From assembly GCF_006345805.1 (NCBI RefSeq), contig NC_043001.1:13020001-13084000 (forward strand): a stretch of DNA of 64,000 nucleotides, read 5' to 3'. Of this stretch, positions 13,761 through 27,125 are shown in pieces. The translations under genes and the position numbers were made by a program. This DNA is from Octopus sinensis (lineage: Eukaryota). Under the pieces are notes generated by a model. That model ran no database searches. It was not told the origin of the DNA and worked only from the letters and a program-made list of their open reading frames with translations. Position 1 is the stretch's first letter, and each line of letters starts with the position of its first letter.

Positions 13761-14191
13761 TATGTAGGTAGGTAACTTTCTTTATTGGCCAAACAGGGCT
13801 AAATACAAATGTAGAGATGTTGTTTTCGAAGATGGAGAAAGAAAAAGAGAAAAGGAAACAAATGTAAAATTTCGATCAAAAGGGATCGGAAAAAGTGATC
13901 AAAAGGGATCAATAGAGGATTTAAAAAAAAATAACGAACAAGATTAGGTTCATCTGTGGAAGAAAAGCCTACAGAAAAGACCACGGTAACCTCAGGCAGA
14001 GAGGAAATAAACACATGAGATCAAAGTTTCCTCTCTCTTTTACGACTTACAGGATCATGCTCAAAGTGGTTTCGTCACTCGCACGCACCATCTTTGCTAC
14101 ATTCACCCACCTATTTTTGAAACTGTCACTAGACAAAACCTGCCTCTCCATTCTCATCTTTCTTTTCAAGTGGTACTTATTGTATCGGTTA

Positions 14192-14462
14192 CTTTAGTCG
14201 AACTGTTATGTTACGGGGACGTAAACACACCAGCATCACTTGTCAAACGATGTTGGGGGGGGGACAAACAGAGACGCACAAACACATACACACCTACACA
14301 TATACACACGTATATACAACGTGCTCCTTTCAGTTTCCATCTACCAAATCCACCCACAAGGCTTTGGTGAGCCCGAGGCTATAGTAGGAGACACTTTTCC
14401 CAAGGTACCAGCAGTGGGACTGTACCTGGAGCCATGTTGTTGGTAAGCAAGCTACTTACCAC
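14192..14462 (-). mobile_element. SINE family A, partial
   Basis: Aligns with the family A head and middle on the minus strand. Confidence 0.75.
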
Positions 14463-14547
14463 TTTCTTGACGTTAGGTTGTATATAATCCTTCAACTGGT
14501 ATTAATGCGGAAAATATTTTAAAATTACTACTACTACTACCACTAAT

Positions 14548-14979
<432 letters not shown>

Positions 14980-15899
14980 TTCATTTCACATTGTATTTGC
15001 ATCTTTATAGTTTATATTTCATTCTACCCTTGTGGTCTCACATTCTCGACTCCGTTTCTATTAATTTACTTCTTCCAACCCACTAAGTTCGATGACCCAG
15101 CTGAGATATATCTCACTTTTATAAACACCGTTAATTGAAAAATCTAAGCTACGTTGTAGATTGCTTTACGTTATAACAAACATCGGCTGGAGGCCAGTTT
15201 ATTACAAATTTGAAGGATGTTGCCTTCAGGACAAGAGCATCTTCATTAGAACTCTGCCATTAACATAGTCTGTTGTTTCCTCTGGTTTATGATTATTTAT
15301 GAGGTTTGACGCTTACAACTTCAATCATTTTGTTCAATTAGAGACAAGAATTTTACTATCATTAGATTGCATTAAATTTTTGTTTTAGTGCAATTTGTAT
15401 TTTGTATTTATTTAATGTACTTTGACATTAATTACCTTTTCTTGTCACCTATATTATTTATTCAGAAATCCATTAACACTTATAAGTGAATATATATATA
15501 TCATTACATCGCCTTGCTCTATCAAATATATTGTAATATATTTCTAGTTGGTGTCACCAATTAATGAAGTCAGAAACGCAAGTGTCATGTCGTGCAAATG
15601 TTTAGTGAACAATATTTAATTCCACTGCTAGCATTATACATATGTAATGAAAACATTTTAGACACTTGTAAATTTATCAACTCGCAGGTGTACAACTCGA
15701 CGCGTTGGCACCTTATTAAATATATTTCGCAGGAAATAACAGAAGAGTAGATATATCGGTATCTCTCTTTTATTTTTGTCAATGTGTAAAGAACGTTTCC
15801 ACAATGTGTTTCTCTCTCTCTTCTCTTTCTCTCTTTCTTTCTCTCTCTCTCTCTCTCTCTAAATATATATATATTCATTTTCTCTGAAATACATTTAAA

Positions 15900-16345
15900 G
15901 GCGCAGGGTTCAGTCCCAGTGCGTGGCACCTTGGGCAAGTGTCTTAAACTATAGCCTCGGGCCGACCAAAGTCTTGTAAGTGGATTTGGTAGAGGTAAAC
16001 TGAAAGAAGCCCGTCGTAAATATGTGTGCATATATATATTTATATATATATGTATATATTTGTAGATAGACAGATAGATGTATATATACATACATATACA
16101 TACATATATATATTCATGTATGTTTATGTTTGTGTGCCTGTGTTTGTCCTCCCAAAATCGATTTACAACCGATGATGGTGTGTTTACATCCCCATCACTT
16201 ATTGTTTCGGCAAGAGAGACAGATAGAATAAGTACTAGGCTTACAAAGATTAAGTCCTGGGATCGATTTGCTCGACTAAAGGCGGTGCTCCAGCATGGCC
16301 GCTGTCAAATGACTGAAAGAAATAAAAGAAAATAAAAATAAAGGA
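15900..16345 (+). mobile_element. SINE family A (head partly deleted)
   Basis: ggcgcagggttcagtccc...ggcggtgctccagcatggccgctgtcaaatgactgaaag. Confidence 0.8.
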
Positions 16346-16528
16346 AATACACACATACACACATACACATATATATATATATATATATGTGTGTGTGTAT
16401 ATATATGTGTATATATATGTATAAATATATGTATATATATATGTGTATATATATGTATATATATATGTGTATATATATGTATATATATGTATATATATGT
16501 GTATATATATGTATATATATATGTATAG

Positions 16529-16560
<32 letters not shown>

Positions 16561-16830
16561 GTATATAGGGGATTTAGATGATCATTAAAATGATACAGGA
16601 AATTGTTGTTATTTTGTGCATAGGTGTTTATATGGTTTTATTGTGTGTTTTACTATTTTAAATATAGTATTCGATGTAGAGGTCAAAAGGAATTATCGAT
16701 ATATGATAAAATATTCCTTGTCCTGCAATGGTAATATATATGTATGTACTCTTTCATTTGAACATATTTACCATTTTCTCTGGAATACGGTTGTAACTTA
16801 AACCTTCGAGATGCATCTGAGTATGCACGT

Positions 16831-16894
<64 letters not shown>

Positions 16895-16895
16895 G

Positions 16896-16920
<25 letters not shown>

Positions 16921-16929
<9 letters not shown>

Positions 16930-17039
16930 GAAGGAGCTTCTTCTATATAAGCTCCTTCTATATAATAAATTAAATTACTCTGCTATGTATTGAGTACCTT
17001 ATTTACTGTGGTTAACCCCGACTCAACCCGGGACCTACA
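16921..17039. mobile_element. Small (TA)n-embedded element with perfect 19-bp inverted repeat
   Basis: tattatatagaaggagctt (16921-16939), 9-nt spacer, aagctccttctatataata (16949-16967), then ~70 bp unique sequence, all between (TA)n tracts. Confidence 0.6.
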
Positions 17040-17680
17040 TATATATATATATATATAGATATGCGTACATGCATATTACATACATATATACATACCTACA
17101 CACTTAAGTTGAGATATTTTTTGTGTATTGTACATATCTATGTCACACAGGTTTTGTATTACCGCTCAGAACAGGAATAATGTACAAGAAATATTCTGTT
17201 CTCTGACATTTACAGGTTATTAATGTATTCTAAATTACCTAGATGGGATCTCTATTATACTATGACAGTTGTAGCGTTATTCTTCGCTTCCCATATATAA
17301 TGAAATATTGACATGTTGTGGTTTTGCAACTGCTAGTACCCTCAACGTAGTTTATTTTGTTATTGGTATTCGATGTACGAATTTACTTAATGGCACCCTG
17401 GTTAGATTACCTATATTTCAGCAGATTCCTTTTATATAAGATTTTTTAAAAAGTCCTCCTCTCTTCTATGTATGTATATGTCACACTAAGTACGGCTCCA
17501 TCTGCTGAATGTGCAATGTCGCAGTTCAGATATTGAGTAGCAGAATATAGGTGTTGATAGAATTGTTAAAACATTATTTTGGGTGCTATTAAATAGTGTG
17601 TGTGTTGCGCCTGCGCGGCATTATGAAATGCACTTTGTCGACTGAAGCTACTGCTACTATGTTGAAATTCTGTTGTAACT

Positions 17681-17911
17681 TATTTCTTTACTGCCCACAA
17701 GGGGCTAAACACAGAGAGGACAAACAAGGACAGACAAATGGATTAAGTCGATTATATTGACCCCAGTGCGTAAATGGTACTTATTTAATCGACCCCGAAA
17801 GGATGAACGGCAAAGTCGACCTCGGTGGAATTTGAACTCAGAACGTAACGGCAGACAAAATACGGTTACGTATTTCGTCCGGCGTGCTAACGTTTCTGCC
17901 AGCTGGCCGCC
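17681..17911 (-). mobile_element. SINE family C with 16-bp TSD
   Basis: TSD aaattctgttgtaact at 17665-17680 and 17912-17927. Confidence 0.85.
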
Positions 17912-19084
17912 AAATTCTGTTGTAACTACTTCACTACCACTATTAGAGATTGAGTTACTAAGTGGTGTATTACCGGATGGTGATTTATCTTCAAACATCT
18001 TCCAGAGATTGCGTAATTATTATAAAGTGGATAATCCTCAGAATTTTGTTTTGCTATTACTTTTATCCTGCTTCTAATCTGGCTTAATTGTTTATAGTGA
18101 TTACAAGCTGATGCAACTTAAGGACTAGTGTTGACCTTCTAGTACATATTATGATGTATGCATCCCCAGCACTTCATGAAATTATTTGGAGTAAATGAGA
18201 TCGTTCAAAACAGAGCGATGTAACACATTCTAATCACTCGTCTCGGTGCTAATATAACAGGAAAATTCGTTCATTGTAAATTTATTCCCTATGAATTTCG
18301 CACAAAATTATTTTATGCATTTCAGGTGCTTTGCTTATTTTTATTTAAAAGCAGGATTTTTGTTTCCTGTATAAATTTATTCAAAAAACATTTTTAGGAT
18401 TAACATTTACATGGTTTATTAATAAATATTTACTTACAATCAAAGATACATATGGAAACACTATGGAATTAGTTTGAGATACCTTAGCTAGACAAGAGTT
18501 GACAATGTAGAATTTGAGCGTTGGATATTTCATTCTGCAAAATGTTCAAATATTACTGCGATTTCTCAATAAATTAAATGTCAAATGCATAAATTGATGA
18601 CTTGCTGATTCTAAATGTTATTATTGTTAACTTTGATATATAAAATTATTCAACAATGCAGGAACTAAGAGAGTTTTTAATTCTTATATTTATTGTAAGT
18701 TTTGTTACAAATTTAACTAGAATGTAATATCGAATTCTCGGTTCACAGTATATTGGAATTGGAAGCATAACAGTGAAACATCGTAAGTGACATATATTAA
18801 TTTTAATTCGATATTGTCAGTTATATCGACTACAATGAGAAAGCGAAATATGTTTTTAATATCAACGAAACTTTGTAAATGTTAATCAAATAGAAATTAG
18901 TATGTTTACTCAGACAGGGGAACAATATTTCCTGAATTTGTTCAAACGTTTCGAATCAAACTGATATATAAATAATTCCGTTTATGAATTTTATGAAAAT
19001 GGAATTCTTTGAAACTTGACGATATTGCTTTTACTGTTCACAGTTTCGCTCATTTGTAGTGATTCATTCAGAAGGGTTTCAAAA

Positions 19085-19695
19085 TACTCTTTTCTACTCT
19101 AGGCACACGGCCCGAAATTTAGGTCGACCCAGTGTGCGACAGGTACTTAATTTATCGACTTCGAGAAAAGCAAAATCGACCTCAGAACGTAAAGACAGAT
19201 GAAATATCGCTAAGCATTTCGCCCGGAGTGCTAGCGATTCTGCCAGCTCGACGGCTTTAATATTTTGTATATCCTTGTCTACTCCAGGTATAAGGCCTGA
19301 AATTTTGGTGGAGGGTTCAATCGATTAGATCGAACCCAGTTGCGTACTGGTACTTAATTCATCGACCCTGAAAGACAAACTTGATCTCGGCGCAATCTGA
19401 ACTAAGAACGTAAAGACAAACGAAATACCGCTAAGCATTTCGCTCGGCGTGCTAACATTTCTTATTTCTTTATTGTCCACAAGGGGCTAAACACAGAGGG
19501 GACAAACAAGGACAGGCAAACGGATTAAGTCGATTATATCGACTCCAGTGCACAACTGGTACTTAATTTATCGACTCCGAAAGGATGAAAGGCAATGTCG
19601 ACCTCGGGGGAATTTGAACTCAGAACGTAGCAACAGACGAAATACCGCTAAGCAGTTCTCCCGGCGTGCTAACGTTTCTGCCAGCTCGCTGCCTT
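19085..19695 (-). mobile_element. Cluster of three head-to-tail SINE family C-type copies
   Basis: Three repeats of ...gaactcagaacgta...gaaataccgctaagcatttcgcccggcgtgctaac..., with two different tail types. Confidence 0.75.
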
Positions 19696-20423
19696 AGAAG
19701 TACAACATAATTTGTTATGCAGTCATATTTTTACATCGACAATGAAAGACGCAAATATATCTGTAAATGTACGTAAATCATATTGAAATATATATATATA
19801 TATATATTTCTACATAAACATACCTTAACGAAAGTGTTGGATGAATGTGTGTGTGTTCAAGCGGTAATGTATATGAGTGTCTTTGCCTGAATACACTGGA
19901 ACCGGTGTGAGCGTTATAGTTTGTCTCATCAAACATACTGCTATATATTTTTGTATGAATAATTAACATGATTGCTTCTGGGCATTATGTTACTCACGAT
20001 GCGAGTTATTCATATTTGAACATCTTCGATATTCTGAATCTCTTTTCAGTTAAGACTACCGAGTTATTCGTCATCTTTTGTTTCCAACGATGCGATACTA
20101 ATTTCATTTTCTGTTTGCGTTCCAGTCTGCTGGTTTTATGTCCAAAATATTTATGTCTTGATATAAGACACTTACACAAATTAAAAAGAAAAGAAGAAAG
20201 TGCAATTCACATTTTAAATAATCGACTTTTAGCCAAAAACTGGGTAAACATCGTACAGGTTTATAGATGTTCTTAACATGGAATGTCTCAATTTACGCTA
20301 AAAGAACAGAATTTGACATTTCTCGAAAGGGAAAAGAATTGTATTTCTAAATATATAACTTGAATTATAATATAAATGCTTTTGTTGCGTTGCAAAATTT
20401 ATGTAAATACATAAACTCTATAA

Positions 20424-20750
20424 CGCAGGGCTCAGTGGTTAGAGCGTCGAGCTTACGATCGTGAGGTTGTGAGCTCGAATCGCGGACCGGGCTGCTTGTT
20501 GTGTTCTTGAGCAAGACACTTTATTTCACGTTGCTCCAGTTCACTCAGCTGTAGAAATGAGTTGCGACGTCACAGGTGTATCGGCCCCTTTGCCTTTCTC
20601 TTGGATAACATCGGTGGCGTGGAGAGGGGAGGCCGGTATGCATGGGCGACTGCTGGTCTTCCATAAACAACCATGCCCAGACTTGTGACTAGGAGGGTAA
20701 CTTTCTAGGTGCAATCCCATGGTCAGTGTCGTGACCGAAGGGGGTTCCGG
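20424..20750 (+). mobile_element. tRNA-headed SINE family E
   Basis: A-box-like ggctcagtggttagagc, B-box-like gagctcgaatcgc, followed by gtgttcttgagcaagacactttatttcacgttgctccagttcactcagctgtagaaatgagt, resembling conserved central SINE domains. Confidence 0.75.
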
Positions 20751-22765
20751 ATTCCGGATAGCGACTGTGTAAAGATGAGTATTATTCAAAAAATGACAAT
20801 GTTTCAATTTAAACAGTGTATCTCGGATCCGATCCGTTGTTAAACAATTATATATCTCCAGGATCTCATTCAACGTATTTAAGAATCAAGATTTGTATGT
20901 ACAACAAAACCCTAATAAGAATGGCATGTTCAGTAGTTTAGGAATCGAGAGAATAGAGATAATGTTCATAGTGTTTACAGCCGGAATAAGAGATTGCAGA
21001 AGATTCAAGATGTGAAGAAATCTTATAGTGATTTGTAACTTCATTTTTTATTATCAAATTCTCAATCCGCTTCGACAGTTAATTTTTAGGAGTAGATATT
21101 CGTTTCCAGCTGTTATTTTCAGTAGTATTCTCCCGTTGATTTTATGAAATAAGAGGAATTTCTAAATACATGGGCTGCCTACGACGTTCACAGCAATTGG
21201 AAGGAAGATAGCCCTTTCTCTATACATACATACATGCATACACAAATACATACATACATACGCATTTGCGTACAAGAAAGGTTCCCCTTGGGTCATTTCT
21301 ATGTCACGTACACAAAGTCTGTCATATATTTACACAATATTTGGAGAGCACTATGTTTGGGAAATCAGTGGAAATTATACAGTAGACCTGAGAGAGATAA
21401 CAGATCTCGTCAAATCATGTGAAAGAGTAATGAATAACAAACTGCTACATGCTTGTATTGTTAAATGATTTCTGAAGTTTCTAGTATTCGGCTGATGTAA
21501 TATATGGTTGTTGGATTCTGGACACCGTAAGGCACTTCGAACCTTAGACGTTTTAATTCTAGTTTCAAAATGTCATCCGTCAAGATTGGTAGTTTTGCAT
21601 TCCAACAAATGATACTATTGCATATCTCTAAGAGACAGGCTTTCTGTATTTCTAATAGGTTGTATTCCTTCAAACTATTATCGACGAAGGAAAATTTGTT
21701 TAGAATCACCTCTTGCTAGTGTAGCTCCATTCATAATAAGTATAGCATATTTAGAACAGTCGATTCTGTTCTCGGTTTATGGGCAATCTCTGTAAGCGAC
21801 ACAATTGCTCTTTTTTTATGAATGTTTCAGTTGTTCTATCCATGGATTTCTCCATATATTCTGCTTCCATTATGTTTAAACTGAACGGTTAGCATTTGCC
21901 ATTTCGTTTACTCTTTCGTGAACAACGAAGCAAGATGTAAATCTATTCTATGAATACAAGATATGATTCTTGGGAGCTCATCCTTAAGCAAATTATTATA
22001 GTTTCCTTCCAGTACGGGTTCTAGTTTTGAACCCATAAAGGCTGAAGTATTTATGTTGTGAAAAGAAATTTGAGCTTTAACAATTCCGCATACGTGTAAC
22101 AATCAAAAAAGTTTATATATTGAGTAGCATTATTCTTTCAGATAAAATGTGCGTCATGCAATGAGGGGTACCATATATCTATGAAAATTCAAGCTATGCT
22201 TCTCATTTTCTATAAGACTGTAATTGAATACCAAGTAACTTTATAGATCTTACGGTGTTAATGGTTGCTTACTTAAATAATTTTCTTCACTTATAATTCA
22301 AACTTGTGGATTACAGAAATGAATCCATGCTTTGGGTGGTTCAAATCTCTTTGACTCCGTTCGTTTGCCCCATCAGTTGCCGTTAAAAGACTTATACGTA
22401 ATATATTTCAAACAACATAGAGGATACCAGGTGATAATTTACATGTTAATAATGTCGGCAAAACGCAGCAATGTATTAAATACACATCATTTGATTTTTT
22501 TTTAAATTGCTATATAAGATAGAAATAGAAGTCAATACAAATCTGTCTTTCCGTCCGTATCCCTACCTCTCTATCAATGTATTTATGAGAAGCGTGAAAC
22601 GTAACTGGGTTTTCAGCTCATATTCTTCCCCTGTAACCATAGATGCAGGCCACAAGGATCCAAATATTGTTATAGGCACTTGTGTGGAATGTTAATACGT
22701 GTAACTGATATATATAAAACAATTTTATGGTGAATAATATATGCTATTAAAAGATGCACAAAACT

Positions 22766-23200
22766 GTGAGCTGGCAGAACCGTTAGCACGCCAGGAAAAT
22801 ACTTAGCTGCATTTCGACTGTCTGAAAGTTCTGCGTTTAAGTTCCGCTGAGATGACTTTGCCTTTCATCCTTCAGGGTCGATAGAAGTAAGTTCCAGACT
22901 AGTACTGGGGACAATGTAACCGATTTAATCCCACCCCGAAACTTTTGGACTTGTGCCAAAATTTGAAATCAATAGTTTATGCACACGAGGCGGCAGATTC
23001 GTCAGCACGCCGGGCGAAATGCTTAGCGGCACTTCGCCCATCTTTACCTTTTGAGATAAAATGCCGCCTGGTTCTAATTTGCCATTCATCCATTTCGGGG
23101 TCGATAAAATATGGACCATTTGAACACTGAGGTCGATTTATTCGAGTTAGTCCCTCCTACAAAACCTACCGGCCTCGTGCCAAACTTTGACAACAGTATT
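22766..23200 (+). mobile_element. Two tandem decayed SINE family C-type copies (gtgccaaaatttgaaa tail)
   Basis: Heads at ~22766 and ~22988. Confidence 0.65.
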
Positions 23201-24761
23201 ATAATTTCCATATATATTTGTATGTATAGCTAATTCATTGTTTGTTAACTTTTGAACTGATACACAGTACATGTTTTGAAAACAATTCTATCCGTTTGAA
23301 ATTCTGTTATTGCTAGATTTGTACGTTTATGTAAATTCTATATCTAAGTTGAATAGCCACAGTGGATAATATAAACTATGTAGTTGTTAATTCTTGCAAT
23401 GTAATTATAAACGGCATAACATTTAGCATACTTGCATGTGATTATTCATTGGCTAACGCTCAATTATAGTCTGAATAAATTATTCAACTTTTAAAATTGT
23501 AATATATGCGATCTCATATATTCGTACTTTAAGACATCTTATAGAGAGGGTAAAATAGGATATTTTTCAAATATTACGTGTGATATTTTAAATTTAATTT
23601 ACTTAACCATTTTCCGAAATGCTCCAATGCATACAACATCGTTAGTGATGGTAAACCAATTACAGAGATTATATTAGAGAGATAAAAATTTCGCGATTAA
23701 ATTCCGCAAATTTATATTAGACATCGTTGTGTGATTTGATGTTTTAAGAAACCTGACTAAATTATTTTCCTATCAGAAAGTTTTTGACAAAATTTATATT
23801 TCACAACCATACATGTGTTTTAACACAACAAACATTTTTGATTAATTCTTGCTCTAATCTTATTGATTTTATTAAAACATTCATTCATTAGAAATTCTAC
23901 GGTGGTAATTATTCTAATTTATACAGCTAGCGTCTGGCACAAACATGAAAAATGTTTTGCGTGTATACGTGTTTGTATGTGCTTTGTTAAAATATCAGTT
24001 TGCGATCTGCTGGATTTTCAGTTGCATTTAAAAAGAATATATCATGCAACTTTGTTTTTTTTTAAATTTCCAACTCGCTTAACGTGACAATAAAGCATTT
24101 AATTCTTAAGAAACGAACATTTTCTTTTAAAAAATAATTCTTAAATCACTGAATATATATTACTCAGTCATTCTCCAATGAAAAAAATAGTTCAGATTCT
24201 GAATGCTAGACATGATAAGTGATGGTTGAATAAAAGATATCGCCAAAAAAAAGAAATCTATGAAGATAACTTCAAAGATTTCGCTCTCTTAACATATTGA
24301 TTCTGCTTCATGTGTGTAAACCAAATAGGTGTATTATATATCACACTCAAGTAATACTGCTTTTTAGCGCATTTAAGATTTTGTCTATAGCAAATCTTTT
24401 GGTTTTCGAATTTTTCTGCACATATGATATAAGAATAAGACGAAACGTAAATGTAAACAGCTTATTTATCTATTCACTTGAATTCAGAGAAATAGGTGTA
24501 GGTGAGAAAGATTGTTGAAAATATACCAGACACAATGATGTACAGTTTAACATATTATAATCCATAACAGGTATATTAAATTTTGTCTCATCTGTTCAAC
24601 AGGTATTGGAATATATATTGGATTCCGTAGACTCACGGAAAAGAATCAAATAAACATCTAAACGCAGTTTGAATATTAAAATAAATATGGATATGTAGCA
24701 ACGATATTATATGTGTATCTGACAGCGAGAAATATACGAACGTTTATATATATATATATGA

Positions 24762-25143
24762 CTAGCAGTATCGCCCGGCGTTGCTCAGGTTTGTAAGGGA
24801 AATAACTATAAAGCATTTTTAGAGAGTTATAGCCAAAAAATAGCAAAAAAAGGAAAAAAATTATGGTAAATTTTTTTGAGAGTAAAAAAAGGTGGAGTTG
24901 CGTCCCCTAGACAGTTTGCGGTTTGTGTTTCTGATTCTCGACCCCATGTCGAATTTATCGATTTTTTTCAGAACTGGGGGAACTTTTCAAAATTTTCGCT
25001 GCGTTAGTTTTGAATTATGACATTGGGCTATGTGTGTGTCAAGTTTCATCAGAATCGGTTGAAAGCCGTGGTCAGGGTGAGGGTACAAGCAAACAGACAC
25101 ACAGAAACACGCACAGACAAACTGCCGTTTATATAGAGAGAGA
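24762..25143 (-). mobile_element. Non-autonomous Helitron, copy 3 (different interior)
   Basis: A|TC...hairpin...CTAG|T; shares about the 3'-terminal 60 bp with copies 1 and 2. Confidence 0.75.
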
Positions 25144-25155
25144 TTCATCGAAGTC

Positions 25156-25621
25156 CATTTGAAAGAATACCAGAGACTCACTGCAAATATGATTTACGTG
25201 TAATCCTATTCTAAGTTAGGATAAATAAAATTTCGTCTACGTACGTAATAATAGTGATTGCACAATTGTATTGATAAACTTCCCAATAGACGGATTAATA
25301 TCCTAAATATCATTTCTTAAATTGTATTGTTCTCCGCACAGTATGACTTTTACAATCGAAAATAGCAAGATTTATGCTCTTACTTTTAAGCCATTCACGA
25401 ACAAAGATTTATAGTTACTGTTCCCGTGTTCACAATTACGGAATTACACATAAATGACACATACATATATAGATGCATATATACCTATACATACATGCCT
25501 ATCAGCAAATGAATGTGTACGTATGTACGTATATAATATAATATAATATAATTTACTCTAATATAGAATAGGATTAGACGTAAATGATACTTGAAGTGAG
25601 TCTCTGGTATTCTTTCAAATG
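25156..25621. mobile_element. Fold-back element (~58-bp inverted arms, ~350-bp interior)
   Basis: catttgaaagaataccagagactcac...taatcctattcta (25156-25213) pairs with tagaataggatta...gtgagtctctggtattctttcaaatg (25564-25621). Confidence 0.7.
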
Positions 25622-25724
25622 AATTACATATATAAATGTTCATACATTTCCAGCTGTCAGACACATATATAACTTCGTAGATATATATCTATATTTGTTA
25701 TAATATTCAAACTGCGTTTAGTTG

Positions 25725-25760
<36 letters not shown>

Positions 25761-25765
<5 letters not shown>

Positions 25766-25907
25766 TTTTTCTGTGTATCTTTCTGTCGAAGAGCGTAGGT
25801 TCGAAACGTAAAAGACGTGTTTTATTTCAATTCCTGAGCGGCATAATAATACATTGTTTGTACTCCACCTGCCTTCGTCTTTTGTTTATTTTCGTAAACG
25901 TTCCCGT

Positions 25908-25908
<1 letters not shown>
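25761..25908 (+). mobile_element. (TA)n-embedded short repeat carrying a hammerhead motif (Penelope-like remnant), copy 1
   Basis: Homologous to 47088-47287 and to the reverse complement of 34300-34478; ends ttcccgtt(AT)n. Confidence 0.7.
25778..25815 (+). ncRNA. Minimal type I hammerhead ribozyme motif, variant core CUGUCGA
   Basis: Stem I tcttt/aaaga; core CTGTCGA-A; stem II gagc-gtag-gttc; GAAAC-GTA. Predicted cleavage at 25810/25811. Confidence 0.65.
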
Positions 25909-25940
<32 letters not shown>

Positions 25941-26717
25941 GCATTACATACATTCATAACTACATACGTATATACATTGCGTACGTAAATATATATATAT
26001 ATATATATAGCTTTGGCGTTGTTGTCTCATTTGATTTAACACACACACACACACACATGCATACGTACACACTCCTATATATATTTATATATATTACGAA
26101 TTTTCTCGTAAGTCATGAGAAACAGAAATTTCAAATATGGAATGACTTGTTCGAGTAACTATTCCAAATATGTGAACCAGCAACACCACTATCTGAAGAC
26201 TGAAACAAGTAAATGATACAATGTATGTATATATATATATGTATGCATGTATGTGTGTATGTATGTGTGTATGTATGTGTGTGTGCATAAATAATATGCT
26301 TTAATGTAATATAATATAACATAGCATAATACAATAGGAAGATTTTGTAGCGCTCACATTTAAATGCTGTTTTGCAAGATCTGGTCACTTACATCGAGGT
26401 TTCGGCCTACCAGTTATGATCGGAATGTCGGCCGGTTACACGGCTGCTTCATGATACATTTTCATTGTGCGCTTGTCAAAATAAAAATATTTAGCCATCG
26501 GAGTTTTTTGTGCTATCAATAAAATATTCATCCGGCCTCGATGATTGGCAGGGGAAAATGCTTACTGGATCCGTCAAATACTCTGAAATTGAAAAGATTT
26601 GTTTGTTTGAATATATTTCATAACGCCATGAAACGATTGTGTACTATTCATTGCATTCCAAATGAAATATTTCTTATTGATAACAAGAGGAGAATTTCAA
26701 CTCATATACACGAATAT

Positions 26718-27125
26718 ATGGACTTGTCTCAAATTTTGGCATCGAGAGTTACACAAATGCCAAAACTGGGCGCCACTGCGTGGTGCCAAGGCTCCAAATT
26801 TGCCATCAAGATGTAGGACAAGATACTGTGATAGCCTGGGCTTCAGAGGCCCACAGCTCTTCAATATCCTCCCGAAGAACCTGAGAGACCTGCATGGGGT
26901 GGATGCGGATCTCTTTAATGTAGGACTGGTTCTCTTCCTGTCAGGTGTCCCGGATGAACCAACTTCTCGGCAGGAGGTGCAGATAAGGACAGCTGCATCG
27001 AACTCTCTCATGCACCAAATGACAATTGCTAAAAAGCATTCGTGAAGTAAAATCATGTAGCAACACCAAATGGTGGTGCCCCAGCATGGCCACAGCTCGT
27101 GAGCTGAAACTAGATAAAATTTAAA
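26718..27125 (+). mobile_element. CR1-like LINE 3' fragment (ORF2 C-terminus plus 3'UTR)
   Basis: SLGFRGPQLFNILPKNLRDLHGVDADLF..GL.LFLSGVPDEP...AASNSLMHQ is typical of CR1-group ORF2 ends. The terminus is ggtggtgccccagcatggccacagctcgtgagctgaaactaga plus an A-rich tail. Confidence 0.75.

Noticed and set aside
26180-26215. CTGAAGA-ct-GAAAC-aa-GTA hammerhead-like string
   Set aside because: No stem II can form and stem I does not pair.
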